A stretch of DNA of 63,835 bases, the filler included, from Octopus bimaculoides (Eukaryota): assembly GCF_001194135.2 (NCBI RefSeq). It is 4 parts of 4 records of this genome, joined end to end, with 100 filler letters (N's around TTAATTAATTAA, not from the genome) between each part and the next. Parts side by side here need not be neighbours in the genome. Positions count along the whole stretch, not along the records: positions 31,987 to 47,672 come from NW_026411976.1; positions 47,773 to 62,678 come from NC_069003.1; 2 more parts are not named here. One strand, written 5' to 3'. Below the pieces are notes generated by a model. That model was not told where the DNA came from, made no database searches, and saw only the letters and a program-made list of their open reading frames with translations. Below, one piece after another: positions 39,391-50,348 of the stretch (within the stretch, counting starts at the first letter, position 1; every line of letters begins with the position of its first letter). Both the position numbers and the translations under genes were made by a program.

Positions 39391-39779
39391 GATAATTGAG
39401 ATGGAGAGGAACAGGAGAAAGAGATAAGCAGAGGGACAGAGGGGAGAAAAGTTTAACTAAGTGGGAGAGAAAGAGAGAGACAGACAGAGAATGAGAAAGA
39501 AAGAAAGTGAGATAGAGAGATTAAGAGACTGAGCGAGAGTGAGAGAGAGAGTGAGGGAGAGATGAGGATGATGCCTGTCAAGCTGGCATACCTTAAAAAC
39601 ACTTAAAGACATGAAATGTTTGTCTTCATGTTGCTGTTACAAACCAAAAGGCATTAAGATTTTTCATTTCTGTAATGAATTGGATGGACACCATTAATAA
39701 TTATTTGGATAACAGAATTTCTTAATGATCCATGAGTACAGGGAGGCATGAGGCATAGTGTATCAGTTCTATATTGCTT

Positions 39780-39880
39780 TTAAGTTTTGGCACAAGGTCA
39801 GCAATTTTGGGAGAGGGGTTAAGTCAATTACATTGATTCCAGTATTCAACTGGTGCTTATTTTATTGACCCTGAGAGGAT
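39780..39880 (-). mobile_element. SINE family A partial copy, CpG-decayed
   Basis: ttttggcacaaggtcagcaattt...gtcaattacattgattccag...ttattgaccctgagagg. Confidence 0.8.
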
Positions 39881-40399
39881 ATCAGGCCAAAATATTCTAC
39901 CTGTTCAAACTGGCCAGATCCAGCCTCTCATACCTACCCTATTATATCATTCCTAAAATAACCAATGGCATTGTCAAAATCTTGAGGCTATAAGGTAATG
40001 CATGATTAATTCAAAATAATGCTAATAACATTTGCATTACATTTGCCAGAATGATCCGTGAATATGCAACATGATGACCTCACTACTCACCCAAAGGATT
40101 TTGCCAATGTGACATAGTTTTGGCTGGAAAAAATAAAGTCAGATACTTTTTGAATGCCCTTTATATACATACACACATATATATAGTCTGCTACATGTCT
40201 TTGTGTATATACATTTTTGGGGGGGAGTAACACCTTAGCATTTGAAGCTGTTGAATTTGTTCTACTTTATAAGATTCACTTTCTAAATCATTCGAAATGA
40301 GCTGGAGTCATTCTGTTTATTTTTTGTATTTGTCTAGTAAAGCTTAATGAAACAGTTTGAAGTTTTCTAAATTAACCAACAGCGTTTCTTCTTTCTTAC

Positions 40400-40853
40400 T
40401 ACAACAGTGTTTCTATTTAGATGTTCCGTTTGTCTTTTGTATTTCAAAATTCATTCTGCTTTCTTAATGCATAGCTAATGTCTTAATATTCATAAATTTC
40501 GATAATTCACTGTGCATTGCAACATCTATAAAAGAGTTCTTCATCATTAGTGTTGTCGAAACAGTTCTTTTAAGGTAAGTTGCTGCCATACTATAGAACA
40601 GTGAGACTTAAGTTTGATTTTATTTTTTTCCACTAAGACCAATAAAAATCTTTCTCTCTAAATCTTCTACAAAGTCTCAACTTACTGGAGTTGTTCTATT
40701 TATCTTTCTGTATTCAGAATTTCATTCTGCTATCTTAATTGTCTCAATGTTTTAATGTTCATAAATTCAGATGGTTCATTCGGCATTGCAACAGTCATAA
40801 GAAATTTCAGTGTTAGTTTACCATGTGGTCTGCCGTAGTATCTGTAGACTTTG
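40400..40853 (-). pseudogene. possible pseudogenised pair of duplicated exons
   Basis: Two ~75%-identical segments, each bounded by AG and GTAAG(T/A) on the minus strand. The frame is compatible across a 95-nt intron but has in-frame stops. Confidence 0.3.
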
Positions 40854-41135
40854 CTGTGGAATTGATCAGATAAGAGAAGTGAAGTGAGAGAGTGGTTGTT
40901 TATTCCATTTGTTGACAGCTGTTTTGTAATTTGTGTTAGTTACATAAGTGATGCTACACCATCATGCATATATAAATAAATATATGATGATGAGGTTATA
41001 TCCTAGCCTTAACTATGATTTTTCTCAAGAGCCTGCACCAGCTGGAGAGCTAATAGTGAACTTTGTTTGATTTATCAAACTGTATTCTTGATACATATGT
41101 AAATATCTGTGTTTCATGTGATGTGTATGCAAGTG

Positions 41136-41173
<38 letters not shown>

Positions 41174-41184
41174 AAATTGTACAG

Positions 41185-41229
<45 letters not shown>

Positions 41230-41510
41230 GTTTAGGGCATTCTGTAATTTATCTATAATATGTATGTGTACATCATCATCATCTACGGAGGGCATGAAGC
41301 TTTGGAAAATCTGTCACAACAAATTCTGTCTGACCCATGCAAGCATGGAAAGTTGAATTTGAAATGATGATGACAAAGATGATACATACATACATATGTG
41401 TGTATCTTCATATATATATATATAGATATAGATATATACATATATATAAACATATATATATATATATGTATGCATGCATATGTTTATATCTCTATCTATC
41501 TGTCTGTTTC

Positions 41511-41556
<46 letters not shown>

Positions 41557-41711
41557 CACACACACAAATGCATATATTTATGTAGATACACACACAAACA
41601 TATATGTACATACATAGTTATTTCTGTATATATATAGACACACAAAGAGATGAACAAACCTACACAGCACATACATATATCTTCTATGCAATATATTCTT
41701 TGTTGATATAC

Positions 41712-41789
<78 letters not shown>

Positions 41790-41991
41790 ACACACACAGA
41801 TACATATATATTTAGTGTTTTACAAACCTCTATATCTTATCTGCTGGTTCCGAGTACAATGTAACCATTCTATTGTCTTAATTATTTAATACTAATTATT
41901 TCTATTGTTTGAAATTGATACACTAAACAATTAGATCTTTGTTTGGGGCTTCTTATGAATTATTTATCTGCTTCTGGTAGTGGTAGTTGAA

Positions 41992-42027
<36 letters not shown>

Positions 42028-42297
42028 GGTCTGTTTTATGGATATTATTTTTATTCTTGAAAACATCCTTATTATTATTGTCGTCATCAAGATTATGCTG
42101 CGTGAATATAAATGAATGTGTGTGAGTGCATGTGCACGTGCGTTTCAATGTGTAGGTGTGTGAGTGTATAAATATATATATGTACAAAGTATATATACTT
42201 ATATGTATCTATCCATTGAAGTTTGTTATGTAACTGAATATATTTATAATATATATACACATGTATATACGTATATGCACATACATACACATATATA

Positions 42298-42342
<45 letters not shown>

Positions 42343-42659
42343 CATAGATACACACACAGATACATGTATATACATATATATTTACACATACATATATAAA
42401 TATGTCTATGTGTATGTATTTATATCCCCATATATGTTATTTAATAATATTCTTATTGTCACTATTACTATTTGCATTATAATATCATTATTATTATTAT
42501 TATTATTACTATTATTATTATTGTTATTATTATTATTATTATAACAGAATAATATTAATTTTTTTAAAGTAACAAATGAACAAAGGGTATTATTTGATTA
42601 AATGAATGATGTCTTAAAATTTTAATCCAAGTACTCTCTTGCACCAGCTGTGGCAGCGG

Positions 42660-43600
42660 CTGCTGTCGGAGGTGGTGGTAGTTGAGATGATGATGGTGGT
42701 GGTGGTGGTGGTGGTGGTGGTTGTATATTCGTGGGAGTACTACTGATGATAAAAGTTGTAGTAATGATGTAAAAGTTGTATAATAATGATAGTGGTGGTG
42801 GTGCTAAAGAAGAAGGAGGAGGAGATGAAGAAAAAGTAGATGATGATGATGATGATGATGAAGAATTAGTTGTTGTAGTTGTACTAGTAGTAGTGGTGGT
42901 AGTAGTAGTGGTGGTAGTAGTAGTGGTAGTAGTAGTAGAAGAAGAAGAAGAAGAAAAAGAAGGAAAGTTGGTAATACAGATGAATGTGTGAAGATATTAA
43001 TTCATGTAGAATTGACAACAACAATACAAGCACAACAACAACAACAACCTCACCACCACCACCACCACAACCACCACCACCACCACCACCACCACCACCA
43101 ACACTATCATCAACNNNNNNNNNNCACCACAACCACCACCACCACCACCACCACCACCACCAACACTATCATCAACAACAATTTTAAAGGAATTACAATT
43201 CTATTTTTCCTGTTCCTCAAATATATTTGAAAAGGCTGAGGCGTTTCTTTTTTATTCCATCAAAAATATGTCGTTTATTTGTAGTCTTTCATCTTCTGCT
43301 TCTCTTCTGTCTTTGTTCTTTCTCATTAGTTCATGGGTTGTGTTGTTGTTATTGTAGTTGTTGTTGTTGTTGGTGGTAGTGGTGGTGTTGGTGGTGGATG
43401 TTGTTGGTGGTGGTGGATGTTGTTGTTGGTGATGGTGGTGATGGTGTTGATGGTATGGTTGGTGGTGGTGAAAACGCGGTGTTCTTGCTGCTGGTATTTC
43501 TGTTGTTAGTGTTGTTGTTGTTGTTGTTGTAGATATTGTTGTCATCATTACTGTTGTCAAATCTCAATTTTCTCTTACATCATCATCATCATCATTCAAG
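42660..43600. repeat. mosaic trinucleotide low-complexity tract (GGT/GAT/TAG/GAA/CAA/CAC)
   Basis: Direct reading; includes a 10-N gap with duplicated flanks. Confidence 0.85.
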
Positions 43601-43692
43601 GTTTTTGCTTCATATACCTGGGTTCATTTTGTTCAATAATGTGCCTTTCCTTTGTGAGATGATAGGGTGTGAGAATACCCTATACCCTACAG

Positions 43693-44020
43693 CAGTGTTT
43701 CTCAACCTATTTCCCCCCCAAACCCCACTATAACTTTCCAGAAAAATGTATAATCCCCACCCCACCCCACCCCACCCCTGGTTGTTGGTAAAAAAACAAC
43801 AACTTTATTTTTGATATTTTATCGCAATTATTTAATACAAAACTATTGGTAACTTTTTTATTAAGTACTGAGTACAAAAAAAAAAGTACATTATTGACTA
43901 AGAAGAACAAAGTGAATCACTTTAATGAGAACCTTGCCTCTGATAACTATGGCACCATGCCCTATGACAGTTTTCCCAGTCCCCATCAGTGGGGTGTGTG
44001 CCCCACATTGGGAATCACAG
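43693..44020. mobile_element. non-autonomous hAT (Charlie-like) element with 8-bp TSD
   Basis: TIRs CAGTGTTTCTCAAC and ATTGGGAATCACAG; flanks ccctacag (43685-43692) and cccttcag (44021-44028). Confidence 0.75.
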
Positions 44021-44196
44021 CCCTTCAGATTCTATTTTAAATATCCTAATGTCCCTATTTTCCTAATGTCCTAATGTCCCTATCTTTATAGGGGATCTAT
44101 CATTGTCTTAACTCTTTCATTTGCCATTGATGTTGTTTGATCCATGCCAAATGGTTACTTAACAAGGTTAAAAACCCTTATAAACATGGCATGTTT

Positions 44197-44390
44197 TGGA
44201 TCTTTTCTGATGAGAAAAACAATCAGACCAAAAATCTAACAGGAGATTTGACAGAGGGTTACGTGCAGATCCTTCTGATGTCCCCAGAGTGATGCATGCT
44301 AAGTTTCCAGCAACTGTGATGGTTTTATAGGAGTGGTGAGTAATGAAGGTCGTGTTCTGCTCCCTCCCATCTTTCAACGAGGTCTAATAT
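44197..44390 (+). mobile_element. maT/DD37D-like transposase remnant
   Basis: WIFSDEKN, then frameshifted CADPSDVPRVMHAKFPATVMV and GVVSNEG. Confidence 0.8.
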
Positions 44391-45144
44391 TGATTTCAAT
44401 ACCATTACTAGATGTGTGAGCTATCTTCAAAAATCATAAATACTCATTTCATGTCACCTAGTCTTTGAATCAGAATGTTCTTCGTTGCTATGAAAAAGCC
44501 TGAGAAAATCCCTCAGTCGGCTATGTGAAGTAGTTAAAAATATCGAAGGAAATCTCATCCAAACTTTAGCCCTTTCGCAGCTATGCAACTACAACAACTG
44601 GTGTCTTTCTTTTCCTGAAGAATAGCTGTTACAGATAGCAATAGATATCCTGGTTCCTGTTAGATTACTCATCTTTCCGACAGTATTCCAAACCAGTCAA
44701 AAACTGCCACCACCACCACCATCATCACCACCACCACCATCACACCGTTCTGTTGGATCAATATCTCTGTATAGACTGACCTGATAGAGACAACCATGGA
44801 ATATATGTGGCTGAAAAACATTTTGTAACCACCACAGTTTGAAAACAATTTCACCAACTCCTGTAAGCTATCCTTAGTCAACAGACTGTTTTTGACAAGA
44901 GTATGATGAAGACCAACCCCTCTCATATTAAAAGTTATTGATGATAACATTAGAAAATGTACTAAAAAATGTGAAAACTCATATTAGAATATCAATACAT
45001 GTCTGTGTACTGTTGCTGTTACCCTGAAGGAATATTTGGGAGATATTTGCAAATTATGCAACAATTATAAGTAATCTGGGTGGATACTGACTCTAGAACA
45101 GAGGATAATAAATTTACACTACAGAAGAAAGCAGCAAAATGCCT

Positions 45145-45345
45145 TCCATCATCATCATTCTTATCATCACCAGTTAACATCTGTTTTTCTACGCTGGCAT
45201 GGGTTAGATGATTTCACTGGCACTGGCAAGCCAGAAGGCTTCAGCAAGCTCTGCTAGGGTTGTTTTGTTGAAATAAATTTCTTCAAAGCAATGCTCCAGT
45301 ATGGCTGCTGTCTAATGACTGAAACAAGTAGAAAGTAAAACAAAA
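45145..45345 (+). mobile_element. family C fragment followed by family E SINE tail
   Basis: catcatc...gtttaacatctgtttttctacgctggcatgggttagatg..., then caatgctccagtatggctgctgtctaatgactgaaacaagtagaaag. Confidence 0.6.
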
Positions 45346-45624
45346 GATATCATCATCTTCCTTTCTCTCTTTCATTTATTCATTCTGGACAGCTATCGTT
45401 CATCCATTCATGTTTTTCATTTCTTTCATTCTTTCCTTCCTTCTTCTTTACCTTACATTCCATCATTCTTTCTCTTTTTCTTTGTTACCCTATTTTTCCT
45501 CTCCATTTTTCGCACCTAACATTTCTTTTCTCCATTTCTCTTTCTTTCTTTTACTTCACTTTCTCTTTCCTTCCTTCTATTTTTCTCTTTCACTTCACTT
45601 TTCGTTTCTTTTTTTCTTTCTATC

Positions 45625-46330
45625 ATTCATTCCATCCTTGACAACTATCTTTCATTCATTCCTGTCTTTTCTTTCTCTCATTCTTCCCTTCATTCTTCAT
45701 ATCAAGCATTTCTTTCTTTCTTTCACTCATTCATCCTTGACAACTATCTTTCATTCATTCCTGTCTTTTCTTTCTCTCATTCTTCCCTTCATTCTTCATA
45801 TCAAACATTTCTTTCTTTCTTTCACTCATTCATCCTTGACAACTATCTTTCATTCATTCCTGTCTTTTCTTTCTCTCATTCTTCCCTTCATTCTTCATAT
45901 CAAACANNNNNNNNNNNNNNNNNNNNNNNNNNNNNNNNNNNNNNNNNNNNNNNNNNNNNNNNNNNNNNNNNNNNNNNNNNNNNNNNNNNNNNNNNNNNNN
46001 NNNNNNNNNNNNNNNNNNNNNNNNNNNNNNNNNNNNNNNNNNNNNNNNNNNNNNNNNNNNNNNNNNNNNNNNNNCCATCCTTGACAACTATCTTTCATTC
46101 ATTCCTGTCTTTTCTTTCTCTCATTCTTCCCTTCATTCTTCATATCAAGCATTTCTTTCTTTCTTTCACTCATTCATCCTTGACAACTATCTTTCATCCA
46201 TTCCTGTCTTTTCTTTCTCTCATTCTTCCCTTCATTCTTCATATCAAACATTTCTTTCTTTCTTTCTTTCACTCATTCATCCTTGACAACTATCTTTCAT
46301 TCATTCCTGTCTTTTCTTTCTCTCATTCTT
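45625..46330. repeat. 99-bp CT-rich minisatellite (at least 5 complete units, gap inside)
   Basis: catccttgacaactatc recurs at 45633, 45732, 45831, 46076, 46175 and 46278. Confidence 0.9.
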
Positions 46331-46760
46331 CCTTTCATTCTTCATTACTTTACATTCCTTCATTCTTCATAGCTAACGCTTCTTCCTTCCTTTCCTCCTT
46401 CTTTCTTTATTTCTCTTTTACTTCCTTCCTTCCTTCATTCTTTTTTCATTCTTCACATCTCTTTCAATTCTTCCTTCATATCTTTTTATTCTCTCGCTCA
46501 CTGCATATCTTTCCCTCCTTCTCTTCTCCCTCCCTTTCATTCCCTCCTTTCTCCATCCCCCCTTCTCTCCTTATCCCAATATATTTATTACGCTTTCTGC
46601 CCCTTTTCCTATATTTCTAGTATTTCTACATCCTAATTCATAATTAACCTTGTTGATTTATGGATGAGTTCTTTGAGGTGGTTGGCAGCTTGATTTGCTG
46701 GCTGGCTAGATGGCTGCCTGGCTGGTTTACTGTCTGGGAAGGTGGGAGAAGCAGATTTGG

Positions 46761-46795
<35 letters not shown>

Positions 46796-46836
46796 GTATG
46801 TATGTATGTATGTATATATGTATGTATGTATGTATG

Positions 46837-46868
<32 letters not shown>

Positions 46869-47490
46869 GGGTCATCCCATAAATAATGCAGTTTTTTTAT
46901 ACTTCTTTTACTTTTCAAAATTAAGATAAACGAAGTTCTTTTTTAATCTAAAATCTTTTACAATGCTCGTCCATCTATCTGGTAGACTTGCAAGGCCCCT
47001 ATTCCAAAATTCACTTGTCTAAGACAAAGACTACTCCTCCAGTACTGTTCTGATCTCATTTACAGAATTCATATATTTTCTGTCCAAATGATTTTGAAGA
47101 CTGTGGAATAAATGATAATCAGATGGAGCAATGTCCAGCGAATATGGTGGGTGAGGCATAGTTTCCCATTCAAACTGCTCCGGCCATTGGAATGTCATCC
47201 TTGCTGTATGTGGCTGAACATTATCCTGATGGAAGAACACCTTTCGTCTTGAAACCAAAGATGGTTGTTTTTTTCCTAGCTGCTCAAGCTGCTCACAGTA
47301 GATCTCCTTTGTTATCATTTGGTTTGGGTTTAAAAGTTCAAAGTGCACTAAACCTTTTATATCCCACCAAACAGGTAACAATACCTTACGTGGGTGAAGA
47401 CCTTCTTTAACCTGGGTCCTACCTACTGTCTTCGGCGCTTGATATTTTTATAGTGAACCCATTTCTCATCACCAGTCACTATTCGGTTCA
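46869..47490 (-). mobile_element. mariner (D,D34D) transposase 3' half with one TIR
   Basis: IVTGDEKW, VWWDIKG, HQDN and HPPYSLDIAPSDYHLF; TA-GGGTCATCCCATAAATAATG terminus at 46867. Confidence 0.92.
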
Positions 47491-47519
47491 AAAAAAGGTT
47501 AATTTGTGAAATGTGACAG

Positions 47520-47672
47520 CAACGACCCCAGTGTTTCACTGGTACTTATTTTATCGACCCTGAAAGGATGAAAGGCAAAGTTGACCTTGGTGGAATGTGA
47601 ATGCAGAGCGTAAAGGCAGACAAAATACCATTAAGCATTTCGCCTGGCATGCTAACGATTCTGCCAGCTCGC
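47520..47672 (-). mobile_element. SINE family A, CpG-decayed
   Basis: Core consensus with many CG>TG/CA changes; truncated by a gap. Confidence 0.85.
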
Positions 47673-47716
47673 NNNNNNNNNNNNNNNNNNNNNNNNNNNN
47701 NNNNNNNNNNNNNNNN

Positions 47717-47728
47717 TTAATTAATTAA
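47717..47728. other. artificial scaffold linker
   Basis: N44-TTAATTAATTAA-N44. Confidence 0.92.
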
Positions 47729-47772
47729 NNNNNNNNNNNNNNNNNNNNNNNNNNNNNNNNNNNNNNNNNNNN

Positions 47773-48121
47773 ATGACAACGTTTCTCTAAAAGAAATGGA
47801 AAAACTTTCAAAATACAAAGACCTGGAAATAGAGATAACTCGAATGTGGAATCTAAAAACAGAAACAATTCCTATCATAGTAGGTGCCTTAGGTATAATT
47901 AAAAAATATTCAGACAAATACATAACAAAAACACCAGGACTTACAAATATATATAACATACAGAAAATTGCACTACTGGGTACTGCACACATTCTACGCA
48001 AAACACTTTCAATACAGTAAACATAAGAGCACCACAGCAAACCACAGCACATACCCAAGGCGCACAGAGCTGCGCTCGGTAGTGAAGTGAAAGCACGTTA
48101 TAAAAATAAAACTACTGAATA
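47773..48121 (+). mobile_element. R4/Dong-clade LINE 3' end (RLE C-terminus, open frame) + 3' UTR
   Basis: KEMEKLSKYKDLEIEITRMWNLKTETIPIIVGALG...IQKIALLGTAHILRKTL*. Confidence 0.9.
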
Positions 48122-49250
48122 AGCTGAACCCGTGAAAAAATGCACGGATAACTTAAATATCGTGCAATGAATAGTTATTATTTCATCAAAATTGTTTAAT
48201 CTGCATTATTTTCGTTGATGAACAATTCTATTACCCTTTATGTTATATTTATTAATAATATAAGTATATATATTAAGTTATTGTGTGAAAGTATATGGTA
48301 AATACATCCGTTACAGCACTTCGCTATATACAATTTTTTTAGTGTATGTGATTCCCCTTCTGCGACCATGAGTGGATTCGTTTTGAGGTATCACTTTAAC
48401 CTTCACACTGTTCATCACCCTTACTCTTGAAAAAGCTAGCCATGAGTGAAGCATTGCTGTGGCAAGTGTATGCCAACTCTAATGAATGTTTGCCCCTGTG
48501 CTTTATTGATTGTCATAGAGTAGGGCAGATGAACCAGGAACTGGGTACGATGCAGAACGAATGGAATGTTTGCATCGCCTGGAGTAAGTTTGATTCTTGG
48601 AATCAGTACTCTCGTGTGAGAATGAGATCCACTTATAATTGACGCTTCAGTGCTATGCTTGTGGAGTTGAAATACTTCCAAGTGAGTTCCGTTGCCTAGA
48701 CCTTGTGTTATAGAGACGTTTCTAAGAAGCATAATAATTTCTCCAACTTTTAAGTTAAGGCGATGGGGAGGCATTCCAGAAGGTGTAAGAGAGTTTATAA
48801 ACTCCATGGGGTAATTCTGGGCTGCTTCTTCATTATAAGAAGTTACTGAGTCGGTACTTAGATATGTCTTAGTTTCAGAGGGCATTGTTTAGGGGATAAG
48901 ATCACTCTATTTTTCATTTTTTCTGCTGTACAGTTGTTAAATATATCAGATACCAAAGAATTGTTGCATATGCATGCCTCAGGAATATAAATAGTATTTT
49001 CTGCGAGATTATCAAGAGAGCTTTGAAGAAATCCACTTCCAAGTTGTAGTAGCCACTTCGGAAAATCTTGTTCATTTGCATTAGTTCACATGTTTTGCAT
49101 AAGTTGCATTTGATGAAAATTATCCCACATAGAAGAGTGTTTGAGGCAGGCATCAAGTACAGCTGCAGGAGGAGCTCTGGGAGCAATTGGAAGAACTTGT
49201 CTAAAATCTCCTCCTAGTACGATACTTTTCCCACCTTCCAAGAGTGTTGC
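48122..49250 (-). mobile_element. Helitron remnant: PIF1-family helicase C-terminal half and probable 3' end
   Basis: GGDFRQVLP, LTPSGMPPHRLNLKVGEIIMLLRN..GLGNGT, RVLIPRI, MTINKAQGQT, FTHG; short hairpin ccgtg..cacgg at 48130-48147. Confidence 0.92.
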
Positions 49251-50083
49251 AGCAATGTCAGTCCAAAAGTCAAGAGAAAGAACTCGAATTTAATCCTGAC
49301 TTGTTGTTGTTGTTGTTGTTGTTGCTGCTGCTATTTATTGCTGCCGTTGTTTTTGCAGTTGCTGTTACTATCATCATGTTTGTCAATACAGTTTGTCTCG
49401 CTCTATTTAAAATAGATGACCTTACAAAATGTCTTACATTTGATAGTGTTGGAGCTGGTACATGAGATGGTTTGTGTTTATTCATTTCAAATTTATTTAT
49501 TTATTCATTCATTTTTTTTATTTGTTTGACGTCGTAAAATCACGCTTAAACTTATCAAATATTACTTACGTTACTATTTATTTAATTTTTCATTTATTTG
49601 GTTTCTTTAATTCATTGTTGTTTTTTTTTTACTAGGGGAGGGTGAGGTGATTTTGCCACTGTTTTTAAATATATATATTTTTTAATCTTGGTTTTGCTTA
49701 AATGAAGTTCTTTTTTCTTTTTTAGATTCTTCAAGTTTTTGTTTCAAGTTAGATTGTCATCTTACTAATGTAGAGATGGTAATCAACTCTGTTGGAGAGG
49801 ACAAACAAATATTAGGAGACACAAAACTCGTTGTCCCACAGAGTTAAAAAAGACAAAAGAGAGAGTAGAGTAGAGAACAGAGAAAGGAGAGGGGGTGAAT
49901 AAGGGAGGTATGAGAAGGGAGGATTAGTGGGAGAGAGAGAGAGGGAAGGAGGAAAGCTGGCTAGCAGCACACTGTGGGTATAATATTATTAACTGAATAT
50001 GCAAAATTAAAAACATATCACTCTAACAAAAACATATGTGCATGTGTGTGTGCGTGTATGTGTATATACGTAAGTATATGTGC

Positions 50084-50137
<54 letters not shown>

Positions 50138-50301
50138 GTATGTATGTATGTATATACATACATACACACATACATACATACATACATACATACATACATT
50201 GTACATATGTACGTACATATGAATATAATGTTAATCGCATATAAATATTTGCATGCGATTTCATATTTGTATGCATTTATAGACATACCATAACTTGCAC
50301 G

Positions 50302-50348
<47 letters not shown>

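Noticed and set aside
43065-43174. Direct repeat on either side of a 10-N gap
   Set aside because: Most likely unmerged overlapping contig ends (assembly artefact).
44669-45130. 93-aa minus-strand ORF and nearby splice-like sites
   Set aside because: The apparent TM segment derives from a (GGT)n microsatellite, and the candidate exon phases do not join consistently.
45410-46620. Long hydrophobic ORF through a 33-codon repeat
   Set aside because: A pyrimidine-rich strand lacks stop codons by composition; the F/L/S-only product is typical of CT-rich non-coding DNA.
47031-47381. SETMAR-like host gene
   Set aside because: Plain mariner remnant with a TIR, frameshifts and no SET domain.
48436-48885. 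Host PIF1 helicase gene
   Set aside because: Intronless, with stops and frameshifts in flanking motifs, a Helitron-type sequence and a terminal hairpin.
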